From contig NW_005434504.1 in the NCBI RefSeq assembly GCF_000315625.1, positions 1 to 64,000 on the forward strand: a stretch of 64,000 nt of DNA, read 5' to 3'. The notes beneath the pieces are model-generated. The model made no database searches, was not told the DNA's origin, and saw only the letters and a program-made list of their open reading frames with translations. Below, piece after piece: positions 1-10,143 of this stretch. How positions within the stretch are numbered: the stretch's first letter is position 1; every line of letters begins with the position of its first letter. The position numbers and the translations under genes were made by a program. Source of the DNA: Guillardia theta CCMP2712. Lineage: Eukaryota > Protista > Cryptophyta.

Positions 1-757
1 GCCGGCAGGATCCCGTCCGACGAAACAAGGGGGGGGTCAAGGGGAGGTTTTCTTCCCCCTGGGGAGAAATGTCCTATGGGTTTTTGGATCTGCGATATAA
101 AAAAGTCTTGTCTCGGTCACGTGATGTGTCACGTGACCGGTCAGGTGAGCCTGTCAGCCGGGTCACGGCCCCTGTCAGCCGGCTGACATGTCACGGGCCT
201 GCTGACACGGTCCGCTGACCGGTCACGGCCGCCCGGAGAGATCGGGCCCCCGGCCAATCTCCGGACACTTAGCCTCCTGGCGGGCCTCCAGGGGGTCTGA
301 GGCGGGGCTGAAGGCTGCAGTCGGTCTACTGACGGGCCCGGCCGGCAGGATCCGTCGAGAAACAGGGGGGTCAAGGGAGGTTTTCTTCCCCCTGGGAGAA
401 ATGTCCTATGGGTTTTTGGATCTGCGATATAAAAAAGTCTTGTCTCGGTCACGTGATGTGTCACGTGACCGGTCAGGTGAGCCTGTCAGCCGGGTCACGG
501 ACCCTGTCAGCCGGCTGACATGTCACGGGCCTGCTGACACGGTCCGCTGACCGGTCACGGCCGCCCGGAGAGATCAGGCCCCCGGCCAATCTCCGGACAC
601 TTAGCCTCCTGGCGGGCCTCCAGGGGGTCTGAGGCGGGGCTGAAGGCTGCAGTCGGTCTACTGACGGGCCCGGCCGGCAGGATCCGTCGAGAAACAGGGG
701 GGTCAAGGGAGGTTTTCTTCCCCCTGGGAGAAATGTCCTATGGGTTTTTGGATCTGC
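1..757 (-). repeat. Satellite A, 332-bp unit, about 2.3 copies
   Basis: gccggcagga recurs at 1, 341, 673; reverse complement of 10144-10948. Confidence 0.95.
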
Positions 758-762
758 TCTAG

Positions 763-1049
763 GTTTTTTTTTCTTTTATTAGTATATTATATATTATATA
801 TATATTATATTATATATATTATATTAGTACTATATATATTACTTAATGTATATAGTACTAATTAGTACTCTGTGATTCTCTGTTACACTTATACATATAG
901 TACTATGTAGTACTAATGTATATAGTGTAACAGGGTTTAACACAGTACTAATTAGTACTATACATATTAAGTAATATATATAGTACTAATATAATATATA
1001 TAATATAATATATATATAATATATAATATACTAATAAAAGAAAAAAAAC
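763..1049. other. AT-rich imperfect palindrome (about 287 bp), origin- or hairpin-terminus-like
   Basis: 763-869 is a near-perfect reverse complement of 944-1049; inner arm ctgttacact/agtgtaacag; centre about 906; eight symmetric AGTACT motifs. Confidence 0.9.
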
Positions 1050-1264
1050 TAAAGAAAAAAAAACTCTTGCAGTCCTTCCAAAAATTTTGCCAGCCCCCCC
1101 CCCTCTCATTCTGGGAGCCCGGCCCTAAAAGTCCAATTATAAAATTAGTCAATTTAGTACCAGTCAGTACCCCACCCCTCATATTACCATACATCCGACT
1201 ACCCGTGGTTCCTTTCCCACTCTATAAATTCCCGCCCGCCTGCCCTTCATTGTATGCCCCGAGC

Positions 1265-1681
1265 ATGTCGATGTATTACAGCGATGACGGTGTGATACAG
1301 GATGGTGATACACTGGAGGAGGTACAGGAGAAAGCCAGGAAGCACGGCAGAGCGATTGCCATGGACTTCCTAGGTACCGCTGTCAGGAGGCAGGTTCCGT
1401 GTGAGATCAACCGGTGCAGATTCTTCTTGGAGCAGTACGAACGTAACATGCGAGAGGAGAAGAACGCTTCACTTGTTCGACTGTTCCGGATGAAGATTAC
1501 CATGTTTGCAAGCATCATCGAGACGCTGCGCATCCACATGAAGGACGCACCGGAGATCGGGCCTGAGTACCGCGCGCCTGAGTACCGCGATAAGGGCCGG
1601 GGAGGAGAATACAGTATGCGTGAGAGAGAGATAATAAGAGAATGGGAGAAAGGGAGACGCGATGAGTGCATGGTACAATAG
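1265..1681 (+). CDS. Hypothetical protein
   Basis: Coding-like ORF from ATG 1265; tataaa at about 1223. Confidence 0.55.
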   Translation: MSMYYSDDGVIQDGDTLEEVQEKARKHGRAIAMDFLGTAVRRQVPCEINRCRFFLEQYERNMREEKNASLVRLFRMKITMFASIIETLRIHMKDAPEIGPEYRAPEYRDKGRGGEYSMREREIIREWEKGRRDECMVQ

Positions 1682-1834
1682 CTTCTCCAATAAAGTTATG
1701 TTGTAATCACCCCTGTCTACCACCCGTATCGCAAGGGTGTTTCACCACCCCTCCATTCGACCTGTGCCTACACCGGTCGTATACGACCTGCTTTCCCGCG
1801 CATTTGCCCGTCGCGGGAGAACGGAGGGGGGGCG

Positions 1835-2644
1835 ATGCAGGGAGCGGAGGGAGCGACGAGGGGGAGCGCAGGGAGTGTCAAGTACGTCAGCTCTCTGACC
1901 AGCAAGTGTTTCCGCTCGCACGACGTGTGTGTGATGTGCGGGGTGCTGCTGGCGAACGACGAGGGGCGGAGGAGCAAGACGGTGCGGACGTTCCTGGGGA
2001 TGCTGGAGAACCGCTGGCGCAAGACGCCGTACATGTGGGCGGTGCTGAACCAGCTGGTCTCCTCCGCCGCCTCCCCGAACGAGCGGCTGACCGCCTGCAC
2101 GGCCTGCATCAACTGGATCCGCCGCTCGGTGCCGAGCAACGAGCACGCGGAGTGCAACATGGGGGAGCACAAGGTGTACCTGCTGATCGACCGCCTGATC
2201 GGCTTCTCGCTGGCGCCCGGGGAGGTGGCCTGTCCCGACATGCGGAACATGCGGCGCCTGGTGTCCAGCCTGCTGGAGGAGCGGGTGGTGGACGGGCAGG
2301 TGGTGCGGAACTACTACCTCGCCATCCTGCCCGAGCACCTCCGCCTCGCCCTGCAGGAGAGCGGGGGCGACGTGAACCAGTGCATCCGGCGGGTGGTGCT
2401 CCGCTGGTTCAACGACGTCAACAACCGCTCCCCGATCTTCCGCCACCCCGACACGGCCTACGTGGTCAGGAAGGCCCTCGGGTGGACGGGCGACCCTCTC
2501 CGGGAGGAGGAGGAGAAGGGGGAGGGCGCGGAGCAAACGGCCGATGAACCCCAGACCCCCGGCTACACCCAGACCCCGAGTGATGCCCAGACCCCCATGT
2601 ACGAGATCGTCGATGATGACGAGGAGGGTTCGGGTGAAGAATAG
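1835..2644 (+). CDS. Hypothetical protein, putative Zn-binding (CVMC...CTAC), acidic QTP-repeat tail
   Basis: 269-aa ORF with strongly G/C-ending codons and two CxxC pairs. Confidence 0.75.
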   Translation: MQGAEGATRGSAGSVKYVSSLTSKCFRSHDVCVMCGVLLANDEGRRSKTVRTFLGMLENRWRKTPYMWAVLNQLVSSAASPNERLTACTACINWIRRSVPSNEHAECNMGEHKVYLLIDRLIGFSLAPGEVACPDMRNMRRLVSSLLEERVVDGQVVRNYYLAILPEHLRLALQESGGDVNQCIRRVVLRWFNDVNNRSPIFRHPDTAYVVRKALGWTGDPLREEEEKGEGAEQTADEPQTPGYTQTPSDAQTPMYEIVDDDEEGSGEE

Positions 2645-2694
2645 TGAGTGTTTCAGTGTGCTGATTTGAATAAACGTACATAAGCGAGAGTGGT

Positions 2695-3120
2695 GTGTGG
2701 GTTCGGGAGATGGGGGTCTGTGGCATGATGGGATCGGCTGGGATCACCGCCCTGAAGGGCCCGGCGAGCCAGCAGGTGGTGGGCAACTCCCTCGTGTACA
2801 CGCTGGAGGTGGAGGACCGCGGGAGGATGGCGGAGAGGCTCTCCGAGCTGGAGGATATCGTGCGGCTCGAGTCGCTCTCGGAAAGCCCGCACTGTGGCGC
2901 GCTGCAGTCGGCGAGCTACAAGGGTTTCCAGAGGGAGGCGCTGGCGTGGGCGAGGGGGTACCGCCCCGTGCCCCCCGGCGGGTGCCACTTCCCCGCCAAC
3001 CTCGGCTACGTCACTTTCATCGGCGGCAGGCTCAGCTACATCCTCCCGCTTCCCGATGCGCCGAAGGGAGAGCCGGTAAGAAAGAGGCAGTTTCTAGAGA
3101 TGGAGGACGACGGGGACTGA
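2695..3120 (+). CDS. Hypothetical protein (start uncertain)
   Basis: G/C-ending codon bias in this frame; fills the gap between neighbours. Confidence 0.6.
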   Translation: MWVREMGVCGMMGSAGITALKGPASQQVVGNSLVYTLEVEDRGRMAERLSELEDIVRLESLSESPHCGALQSASYKGFQREALAWARGYRPVPPGGCHFPANLGYVTFIGGRLSYILPLPDAPKGEPVRKRQFLEMEDDGD

Positions 3121-3174
3121 GTTCGGTTTGTTTGTTCAACCTTATTTAACCCAAGTGCGTGTGGTTCAATAAAG

Positions 3175-6100
3175 ATGGAGGACCGATACTTGAACAGGTT
3201 CACTTCCTATATTGCCAGTGCGCTACAAGTCGATGTTGGTAAGATTAAGGAGTTTCTGCACGATCCTAGAGGAGAAGATGCATGGTATTCGACCTTTTCC
3301 AATGTCGTGTGGTCAATTGAAAACATCCAGAATTTAGCCATTGCGGTGGTAGATGGTGCGTACCCTTACATCAAGGGCAAAAAGAAGTCCTATGATGGTA
3401 CTGTGCAAGATCGAGTTCTGCGTTCTTTAATATATACAAACGTGAGAGGTATGGTCAATACTCTTTACAACGACAGAAATCAAGAAAAGATAGTGAAGGT
3501 CTTGCAGGATGTATCAATCATTCCTGCCCAGTATTACATCTATTCAATCGTCGGGGCTATCGCCATGCATTTTCCTGGAGTTTGTGAGCGGGTCGATCCC
3601 TTGGAAAGACACGTGGATTCCATCCTCAAGTTGCTACGGAAAGATGATTCTCCGAACGCTGCAGACATGGAGAGAGCCGAGTATCTTTTCGGTATCATTC
3701 GGGAAATTATTTGGAATGATTTGCGGGTCGATCAGCACAAATTACTTACACTGTTGCTGCTGTTCATGAATAAGAATAGGGCGAAGATAGGGATGGAACC
3801 CATACAGTTAAAATCCAGCGGGAGCAGTATCCTCCCGCGTGTCGGTGCCCGCATCCCCCTCCGCGCCACCGCCAGCGAGGGGGAGGTGAGGGCGGTGGAG
3901 GGGGCTAAGCTGCCGTTCGTCGGGGCGCTGCAGATCGTCTGCCGGCGCAAGGGCCTGGAGCACAACATCATCGAGCACGCCATCGCCTGGGTGAGCTGCA
4001 GGAACTCGTACTCGGCGGTGCCCATGGGGGGCGGGGTCTTCCTGGTGTCGGGCGACCTGGCGACTGCGGAGCTGCAGCACCTGCAGGTGATGGCGGTGGC
4101 GGCGGGTCCTTCGGTGGCGAAGCTGGTCAGCATCGGCGCCCCGCCCAACGTCAAGGACATCCACATGGGCACGGGGAGGCTGCCGCTGCGGGCGGTGCTG
4201 GAGATGGCGGTCGGCGGGGAGGCCCTGGAGGAGGGGGAGTCGAGCAACGGCTTCATGAGCGTGGGGTTCGACCCCGTGCAGCCCGACGTGGAGATCGTGG
4301 TGAGGGCGGTCCCGCTGCCGGGCGGCCTGGGGGGCAAGTTCTCCGCGATGAACCGGACGGCACTGGGGGAGTACCGGAGGATGGAGGATAAGCTGATCCC
4401 CATGGGGCAGGACCGGATCAACCGGTACAACATGCAGCAGAACGTGGTGGCGCTTAACTTCTGCCAGGAGATGGAGCGGCGGGGCATCAAGCGGCACCCG
4501 GAGGGGGTGATGTCGGGCCTGTTCGTGAGCAGCATCGGCAACACGCTGGTGGACGTCCTGACCAACATGGACGTTATCATGCAGGAGAAGATCCGTATCT
4601 CGAGGACGACGGCGCTCGACGCCTTCGGCATCACGGCGCTGCTCTTCCGGATGACGGGGCTTTCGGCCCACGACCGCGTCGACGAGAGGGTGGCGGCGGA
4701 CTGCCTCGCCAATGTCGGCGGGCTGTTCGCCTCGGACCTGACCTACGCGAGTGACGTCAAGCCCCTGCTGCCGGAGAAGCGCCCGCAGGACCTGAAGCCG
4801 CTGCTGGACCGGAGTGATGGTGAGGAGGAGGTGGTCGTGGTGTACGAAGATTCTGGGATGGGTTCTGGGATGGGTTCTGGAAGTTCCAGGGTCGGTTCTT
4901 CCATGAAGGCACTCGGGAGGGACGCCGGGGCGGACGCCCGCAAGAACGACCTGGAGACCGTCCCGGCCTACGCGATGAGCGAGGACATCATGGTCCCTTT
5001 CTCGGACATCTTCCTGCGGATGTCGCACGCCCAAGAGACGCTGTTCAACCACCTCAGCGACACGGAGAGGCGGGGGTACCTGGAGGGGCTGCGGAGCGGG
5101 GACTGCGAGGACCTCTCCCACATGGGCATCCTGGGTTTCAGCTACATGCGCCGCTTCTGTGTGCGGCTGAGCAGCAAGTGCGGGGTGATCTACGACGAGT
5201 ACCCGGAGCTGGAGCGGATGACCAAGGAGGCGTTCGCGGAGGAGGTGTACCGCTCGATCCGGGCGCAGGAGGAGGTCAAGGACTGGACGGACGACGAGCT
5301 CCGGGGGGTGATCCGCCAGTGCGGCGAGTTCGGCGAGCACCTCCACGACACCTCGATGCGGGCGGTGCTGATGACGGCCAAGGCGGCGAAGATGTCCGCG
5401 ACCGGCAAGCCGATGAACATGCCCCCCGCGGGCCACTGCGCGGCCATGATCGTCAGGGGGAGGAGCTCTGTGGAGGCGGCGGCGCGCTCGCGGCCCGAGA
5501 CCAGCCTGACCTCCGGGATGGAGAACCAGCAGAGCAGCTACGACCGCATCCTCACCGAGATGACGACGGCGGTGAGGATCGAGAGCTTCGTCGGGAGGGA
5601 GGAGGTGACGGGCAAGCCCGCCTCGTACGTCTCGCAGAAGATCCGGGCGAACGGGGGCCTGCCCAACCCTTTGAGTGAGGCCACGTTCTACAACAAGTGC
5701 ACGATGTTCATGGCGCCCACGCGGGAGATGAAGCCCTGGATGCACATCGGCAAGCTGGACGGCATCTTCTGGCATGTGGTCTCGACCATCGGGGACACCA
5801 TGCTGCTGAAGCACTCCACCGTGGGCGTGCCGATCACCGAGGCCGTCAGCTCGACCGACAAGGAGCTGCGCGGGATCAAGGTCGACTTCACCGAGGCGGA
5901 GAGGCAGGAGACGCTGATGATGGCGCGCTACGCCCTGCCCCCGATCGAGAGCAACACCGCGCTCATCGGGAGGAAGTTGGACCGCCCCCTCCCCCGGTGC
6001 ATCTACGGGCCCAACACCATCCCCATCGGCTACATCGTGGAGAAGCGCGAGTCGCCGGAGATCGCCGCGTGGGTGGCGCAGAACCCCGCCCAGCGCTACC

Positions 6101-6216
6101 TCGTCAACCTCGGGAGCAAGACCATCGCGGTCCACCAGATGAACAAGTGCGCGATGAAGGGGCTGCGCGAGACGCTCATGAAGCAGGACAGGGTGAACAT
6201 TGTGGATTCGGTCTAA
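3175..6216 (+). CDS. Large protein with transglutaminase-like/papain-fold motifs (GDCED...GHCAAMIV...LTEMT); homologue of 17279-19462
   Basis: 1013-aa ORF; colinear similarity to the 727-aa ORF (IIEHA.W, DLATAE.QHLQ, HPEG, SEDIM.PFSD, GDCED, PW.H.GK.DG.FWHVV, ARYALPPIE). Confidence 0.85.
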   Translation: MEDRYLNRFTSYIASALQVDVGKIKEFLHDPRGEDAWYSTFSNVVWSIENIQNLAIAVVDGAYPYIKGKKKSYDGTVQDRVLRSLIYTNVRGMVNTLYNDRNQEKIVKVLQDVSIIPAQYYIYSIVGAIAMHFPGVCERVDPLERHVDSILKLLRKDDSPNAADMERAEYLFGIIREIIWNDLRVDQHKLLTLLLLFMNKNRAKIGMEPIQLKSSGSSILPRVGARIPLRATASEGEVRAVEGAKLPFVGALQIVCRRKGLEHNIIEHAIAWVSCRNSYSAVPMGGGVFLVSGDLATAELQHLQVMAVAAGPSVAKLVSIGAPPNVKDIHMGTGRLPLRAVLEMAVGGEALEEGESSNGFMSVGFDPVQPDVEIVVRAVPLPGGLGGKFSAMNRTALGEYRRMEDKLIPMGQDRINRYNMQQNVVALNFCQEMERRGIKRHPEGVMSGLFVSSIGNTLVDVLTNMDVIMQEKIRISRTTALDAFGITALLFRMTGLSAHDRVDERVAADCLANVGGLFASDLTYASDVKPLLPEKRPQDLKPLLDRSDGEEEVVVVYEDSGMGSGMGSGSSRVGSSMKALGRDAGADARKNDLETVPAYAMSEDIMVPFSDIFLRMSHAQETLFNHLSDTERRGYLEGLRSGDCEDLSHMGILGFSYMRRFCVRLSSKCGVIYDEYPELERMTKEAFAEEVYRSIRAQEEVKDWTDDELRGVIRQCGEFGEHLHDTSMRAVLMTAKAAKMSATGKPMNMPPAGHCAAMIVRGRSSVEAAARSRPETSLTSGMENQQSSYDRILTEMTTAVRIESFVGREEVTGKPASYVSQKIRANGGLPNPLSEATFYNKCTMFMAPTREMKPWMHIGKLDGIFWHVVSTIGDTMLLKHSTVGVPITEAVSSTDKELRGIKVDFTEAERQETLMMARYALPPIESNTALIGRKLDRPLPRCIYGPNTIPIGYIVEKRESPEIAAWVAQNPAQRYLVNLGSKTIAVHQMNKCAMKGLRETLMKQDRVNIVDSV

Positions 6217-6245
6217 CGTTCAAATGAAGGTTTAATGAAATTTCC

Positions 6246-6617
6246 TTAAGGCTCTTCCTTGGGGTCCTCCCCGATCACGGTCGGGCCTTCGTCTTCCTCT
6301 CCTTGGGTGCTGTTGCCCCCCGCGTCCGGTGAGGGGGTGCTGTTGCTCGCCGTGTCCGGTGAGGGGGTGGTCTTACCTTCACTGTGGTCAGGTGAGCCCG
6401 GTGGGCGCGGCTGCACGTAGATCGGCATGGCGGGGGGGATCTGGAAGCTCGGCTCGGAGACGATGGGGAGGATGGGGCGAGGGGCGGGCATGGGCGGGCG
6501 GGGCGCCGTCCCGTGGTAGGAGGGTGGGGAGGATGGGGGGGATGCGTCGTTTGAGAGGGTGAAGGGAAACCAGGAGGATGCGAGCGCAACCAGGGAGAGG
6601 AGGGTGTGGGCGCGCAT
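6246..6617 (-). CDS. Small secreted Pro/Ser-rich protein
   Basis: Hydrophobic N-terminus (LLSLVALASSW); TATATAAAA on minus strand at 6654-6662. Confidence 0.65.
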   Translation of the reverse strand: MRAHTLLSLVALASSWFPFTLSNDASPPSSPPSYHGTAPRPPMPAPRPILPIVSEPSFQIPPAMPIYVQPRPPGSPDHSEGKTTPSPDTASNSTPSPDAGGNSTQGEEDEGPTVIGEDPKEEP

Positions 6618-6666
6618 GGGTTGGGCTGGCTTGGTCTTTGGCCCTTAGGCCGGTTTTATATACGCA

Positions 6667-7278
6667 CTAGACCCCCGTAAACGCACGCAGGATGCCGTCG
6701 CACACGGAATTGACCACGTCCACCACGATGCCGTAGAGCTCGGGGGTGAAGACGACGAGGACGAGGTCCTTGGGGTGGGTCCTGGCGTGCCCGCCCATGA
6801 AGGAGAGCGAGACCGGGAGGCACATGAGAAGCAGGTCCGTGGCGATGCGGACGATCGAGCCCCCGACGATGGTCCTCCTCCCGATGCCATCCAGCGTCTG
6901 GGAGAGGATGTAAAGGATGTGGACGTTGCAGAAGCAGCCGAGGAGGACGACCAGCGTGGGCTCCAGCGTTACCAGCCGCGCGAGGAGGGCCGTGTAGACC
7001 ACCCACGCCTCCAGGAAGTGCATGATGTACTCGAAGGTCTTGCCATCGGTCGCGGACGTGTAGATGAAGCTCGGGAGGAAGGAGGCAACGAGGTGGAAGA
7101 GCGTCGCTGCCGGGTAGACGAAGGCCTGCAGGGCCGTCAGGCGGTACCCACCCTCCTCCCGGTCGAAGTGGAAGCCACCCAGGTCCAGCAGGGTCGGGAG
7201 GTAGTAGAAAGCCAGGCAGTAGCACTTCATCAGCGTCGGGCAGCTGTTGTGGAAGCAGGGCTTGCTGATCCGTGGCAT
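6667..7278 (-). CDS. Multi-pass membrane protein
   Basis: 203-aa ORF with several hydrophobic segments and codon bias. Confidence 0.7.
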   Translation of the reverse strand: MPRISKPCFHNSCPTLMKCYCLAFYYLPTLLDLGGFHFDREEGGYRLTALQAFVYPAATLFHLVASFLPSFIYTSATDGKTFEYIMHFLEAWVVYTALLARLVTLEPTLVVLLGCFCNVHILYILSQTLDGIGRRTIVGGSIVRIATDLLLMCLPVSLSFMGGHARTHPKDLVLVVFTPELYGIVVDVVNSVCDGILRAFTGV

Positions 7279-7411
7279 GGCGCGCGGTGCCCTTACCCCC
7301 CCCTTCGCCTCCCCGCCTTTCTACCCACCCACCCGCGCAGTTTTTTTTTTGTTTTTTTTCAGGCTCTGACGTTAATGGTATCGAACTTTATTACGATGGG
7401 TACTCGATGAA

Positions 7412-7789
7412 TTACTGCTGGTCGGTCAGCTTGGCTCGCTTGGGGGCGGATCGCAGCGAAACCAACACGTTTTCGAGGATGGACATAAACTTCTTCATCT
7501 CCTCCAGTTCCTCCTTGAGCTCGGCGATCTCTTGCTTGAACGTGGTAGCGAAGTACTCCGCCTCCTCTTCCTCTTTCAGATCCTTCAGACCCTCGATGGT
7601 GCTTTCCATTTTGCATTTGTCGATGATAAAATCGCAGGGAAAGAACAAGGATTTCGTGCTTCTGTCTGCAGCAATCACGCATAGTTTTTCGAGTTTTGTG
7701 ATATCGTCGGAGTTCATAGAACCGAATTCGGAACCGATGAGCTGGTCAAGGGTGAAAAACTCAAGTGTACGTTTCACAGCTTTGGGCAT
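7412..7789 (-). CDS. Hypothetical protein with C-terminal coiled coil
   Basis: 125-aa E/K-rich heptad ORF. Confidence 0.65.
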   Translation of the reverse strand: MPKAVKRTLEFFTLDQLIGSEFGSMNSDDITKLEKLCVIAADRSTKSLFFPCDFIIDKCKMESTIEGLKDLKEEEEAEYFATTFKQEIAELKEELEEMKKFMSILENVLVSLRSAPKRAKLTDQQ

Positions 7790-7882
7790 TGTTGAAATGC
7801 TTTGGCGTGAAGTGCGTTCCTTGGAAGTCCTTAAATAAGCGGGGTGTGTGTGTTTTTTTTTTAATTTTTAGTAAGGTGATGT

Positions 7883-8143
7883 TTAGTGACTGGTTACATA
7901 CTCTCGGAACATGAGCTCCTCCTGCCGTTCCTTCTCGTTTTTCAGGGTCTTAACGTGCAGCAGGTGGCCGACAAAGAACGAGCGCATTGGACTCTGTGGG
8001 TCTGTGCTCTCGATGCCGTTCAGCGCCATGATGGCCTCCTCGATGATATCCTTCTCCGTGGCATGGCACGGGATGTTGATCGGTTCGGACTCGGTGTTCT
8101 CGAGGTTGATGTACGTGTGAGTTGCTTCGTCGATGTAGAACAT
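7883..8143 (-). CDS. Hypothetical protein (possibly 5'-truncated; frame stays open and coding-like to about 8175)
   Basis: 86-aa ORF; upstream in-frame codons read AHEAGACNII. Confidence 0.5.
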   Translation of the reverse strand: MFYIDEATHTYINLENTESEPINIPCHATEKDIIEEAIMALNGIESTDPQSPMRSFFVGHLLHVKTLKNEKERQEELMFREYVTSH

Positions 8144-8194
8144 GATGATGTTGCAGGCGCCCGCTTCATGTGCTTTAAATAAAGGGGCGGGCGG

Positions 8195-8326
8195 CTACCT
8201 GAACTCGTAGTCCACCCCGTGCTTGCAGAGCTCGTCCTCCACCTCCTCCCTCACCCTCCTGACCATCTCCCTGTTGAACGCCTCCTTCCCGGGGCCTGGC
8301 TTGAATCTGCGGTGGTAGCCCGAGGC
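8195..8326 (-). pseudogene. Orphan 3' end of an unrelated gene (ASGYHRRFKPGPGKEAFNREMVRRVREEVEDELCKHGVDYEFR*)
   Basis: Reads with strong codon bias in a frame different from the 8175-8939 ORF; ends in TAG followed by tttatttaaa. Confidence 0.65.
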
Positions 8327-8828
8327 AATGCCCGTTGAGCACCGTGGCCATGCCACCGATCATGACGGAAGCGACATTGTCACCCGAGAGGTCGCTGGCG
8401 TAAGCCGTGCCGACAGAGATGCCCTGCATGCTGAAGAGGTAGGGGAAGACATGCTGTTTCTTTGCCTCGTCCCTGTATGAGATGTATTTGGTGATGTCAT
8501 CGGGTGACAGTGTGCGGTAGTGCTCACGAATGCCCTGCTTCAGGCCTTGCGGGACCTTGTCTCCCAGGGTTGTGATGACCGATGGATATGCGAAGAGCTT
8601 GTAGGTCTCGTGGAACTCTCCCTTCTCGTTTATCCCGTTTTTTGTCATTCGGTTCACATTCAGCACGATCTCGTCCTTCATCATTGCGTAGCGGTATTTG
8701 TTCTGCGTCAGATCCTTCTCTGTGTTCCCCATGTCCGTGTAAAGGTCATGGTTCACCTTGCAGGCAACAATGTGCTTTGCAGATGAATCGATTCGTGTCC
8801 CTGTGTACTGTGCGATGCTGTGTGCCAT
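8327..8828 (-). pseudogene. 3'-truncated candidate capsid triplex/decoration-like protein (mirusvirus-like)
   Basis: MAHSIAQYTGTRIDSSAKHIV...FSMQGISVGTAYASDLSGDNVASVMIGGMATVLNGH resembles the Gly-rich beta-strand pattern of decoration/triplex folds (recognised from memory, not searched); TATATAAA at 8869-8876; breaks after NGH. Confidence 0.45.
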
Positions 8829-9031
8829 CCCTCTCACACACACTCTCTCTCTACTTTGAGGTGTTAGGTTTATATAGCGCGAAAGGCAGCACGACAACGC
8901 ACCGGTAAATGCTTTATTCGGCCGTGAAGAGAAAAACATGGTGTCATCATGTAGATGGGGTGAAAGACACAGTTTTTGAAAGTAGCAAACGTTTACTCTG
9001 ACTCCTGTCGTGCAGTTTCTAGCAGTTCTGT

Positions 9032-9499
9032 CTAATTGCCGGTTTTCTGCTTCTTGATGTGCTTGTGGATCGTGTGCTTGGCCTGGCGCTTCTGTCTCGC
9101 GATGTTGGCGGCATGGCTCTCCTGGCTTTTCTGCAGAAGGAAGCGGAGGTGCGACTGGAAGGTTTTCCAGGCGTCGATCAGCTCAGTCTTCATTTCTTCA
9201 GCCTCCTTTTCCGCATTGAAGTATCTGACATACCATGGGTCTTGGGCCTTCTTGGTCCAATATAGCATCTCCTCTTCGTACATCTTGATGTGTTCGATGC
9301 GGTAGTCGAGGTGGAAGGCTTGCAATTTGCCCCGCAGAGTCAGCCAGAAGGAGTCGGGAACATCATCAATGTCAGCCACGTCGAGCACGGTGCACAGGAT
9401 GACATACTGGTCGATAGGAAGAGTGAACCGTTTGGAAGCTTGATTGTTCACACTGTCCACGAACTGTTGGAATCGGAGATTCACAAAGAAATCTGACAT
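9032..9499 (-). CDS. Hypothetical protein with basic C-terminus
   Basis: ORF 9032-9526; TATA box at 9529-9537 favours the second ATG (9499). Confidence 0.7.
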   Translation of the reverse strand: MSDFFVNLRFQQFVDSVNNQASKRFTLPIDQYVILCTVLDVADIDDVPDSFWLTLRGKLQAFHLDYRIEHIKMYEEEMLYWTKKAQDPWYVRYFNAEKEAEEMKTELIDAWKTFQSHLRFLLQKSQESHAANIARQKRQAKHTIHKHIKKQKTGN

Positions 9500-9542
9500 C
9501 TTTGGATTGCATGGGGTGCCGTCCATTATTTTATATACTGTT

Positions 9543-9977
9543 TCATGAGCAAAGGGATTCTGCTCTTTTACCCCGCCACTGGATGGGCTCTATTTCCGGT
9601 CCCTCCACATTCCGAAAGTCATTCCTGATGGCACTTAGGCCGTAGACCCCGAGCAGTGTTCCGTTCCCGACGACGACGGTGGTGAGGGTGGCCTTGCGGT
9701 AGTACTCGCTGTCGTTCTGCAGGTTGGAGATGACGGTGTCGAGCGGGTGGACCTTGATGACATCGAGGGTGGTGTAGGAGCCGTAGGGTGCGCAGAAGTG
9801 GATGTGCAGCTGGAACACGCTCGGGAGGTAATGGATGTATGCCATGATGTTGTGCTTCTTCCATCCCGTGTTTGCCATGATGTATTCTATGCACTGCAGC
9901 CTCAGCCGCTTCAGCATGTTGATGTGCTCTCCGCGCAGATCGCGCAATGACCTGAGGCTTCGGTGCTTGACAATGGC
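9543..9977 (-). pseudogene. DcpS: Scavenger mRNA decapping enzyme (m7GpppX diphosphatase), C-terminal HIT domain, 5'-truncated
   Basis: AIVKHRSLRSLRDLRGEHINMLK...YIHYLPSVFQLHIHF...LDTVISNL...YY matches the DcpS SLRDL and HYxPSxxxLHxH signatures. Confidence 0.85.
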
Positions 9978-10143
9978 GTGATGCGGTGGGCGTTGCTGTC
10001 CGCCTTGGGGATGTAGTTGTAGACCTTCTCCTTGAAGCTCGGCTGCAGGTAGTCCTTGAAGGGCGTCCCGTGCTTCCGGTCCTCGGATAGGATGTGGAAG
10101 ATCTTCTCGAGGCTCGTAGATGGGATGAACTTCGATTCGATCG
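9978..10143 (-). pseudogene. About 166-bp internal fragment of an unrelated gene
   Basis: Stop-free, G/C-ending frame IESKFIPSTSLEKIFHILSEDRKHGTPFKDYLQPSFKEKVYNYIPKADSNAHRI, out of frame with DcpS. Confidence 0.65.

Larger units (their letters stand above)
758..10143. mobile_element. Endogenous large-DNA-virus-like segment I (internally rearranged)
   Basis: Intronless, tightly packed ORFans; TATA boxes just upstream of starts; DcpS and triplex-like fragments; bounded by satellite A on both sides. Confidence 0.7.

Noticed and set aside
141-706. Repeated 107-aa ORFs (MTHHVTETRL...) and satellite B ORFs (MNWFIGRKTL...)
   Set aside because: Incidental reading frames within tandem repeats, broken variably between copies.
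3808-6135. 775-aa antisense ORF and many similar shadow ORFs (e.g. 1666-2547, 53031-54161, 59400-60413)
   Set aside because: Expected by-products of high GC3 on the true coding strand; only the opposite frame is conserved in the homologue.
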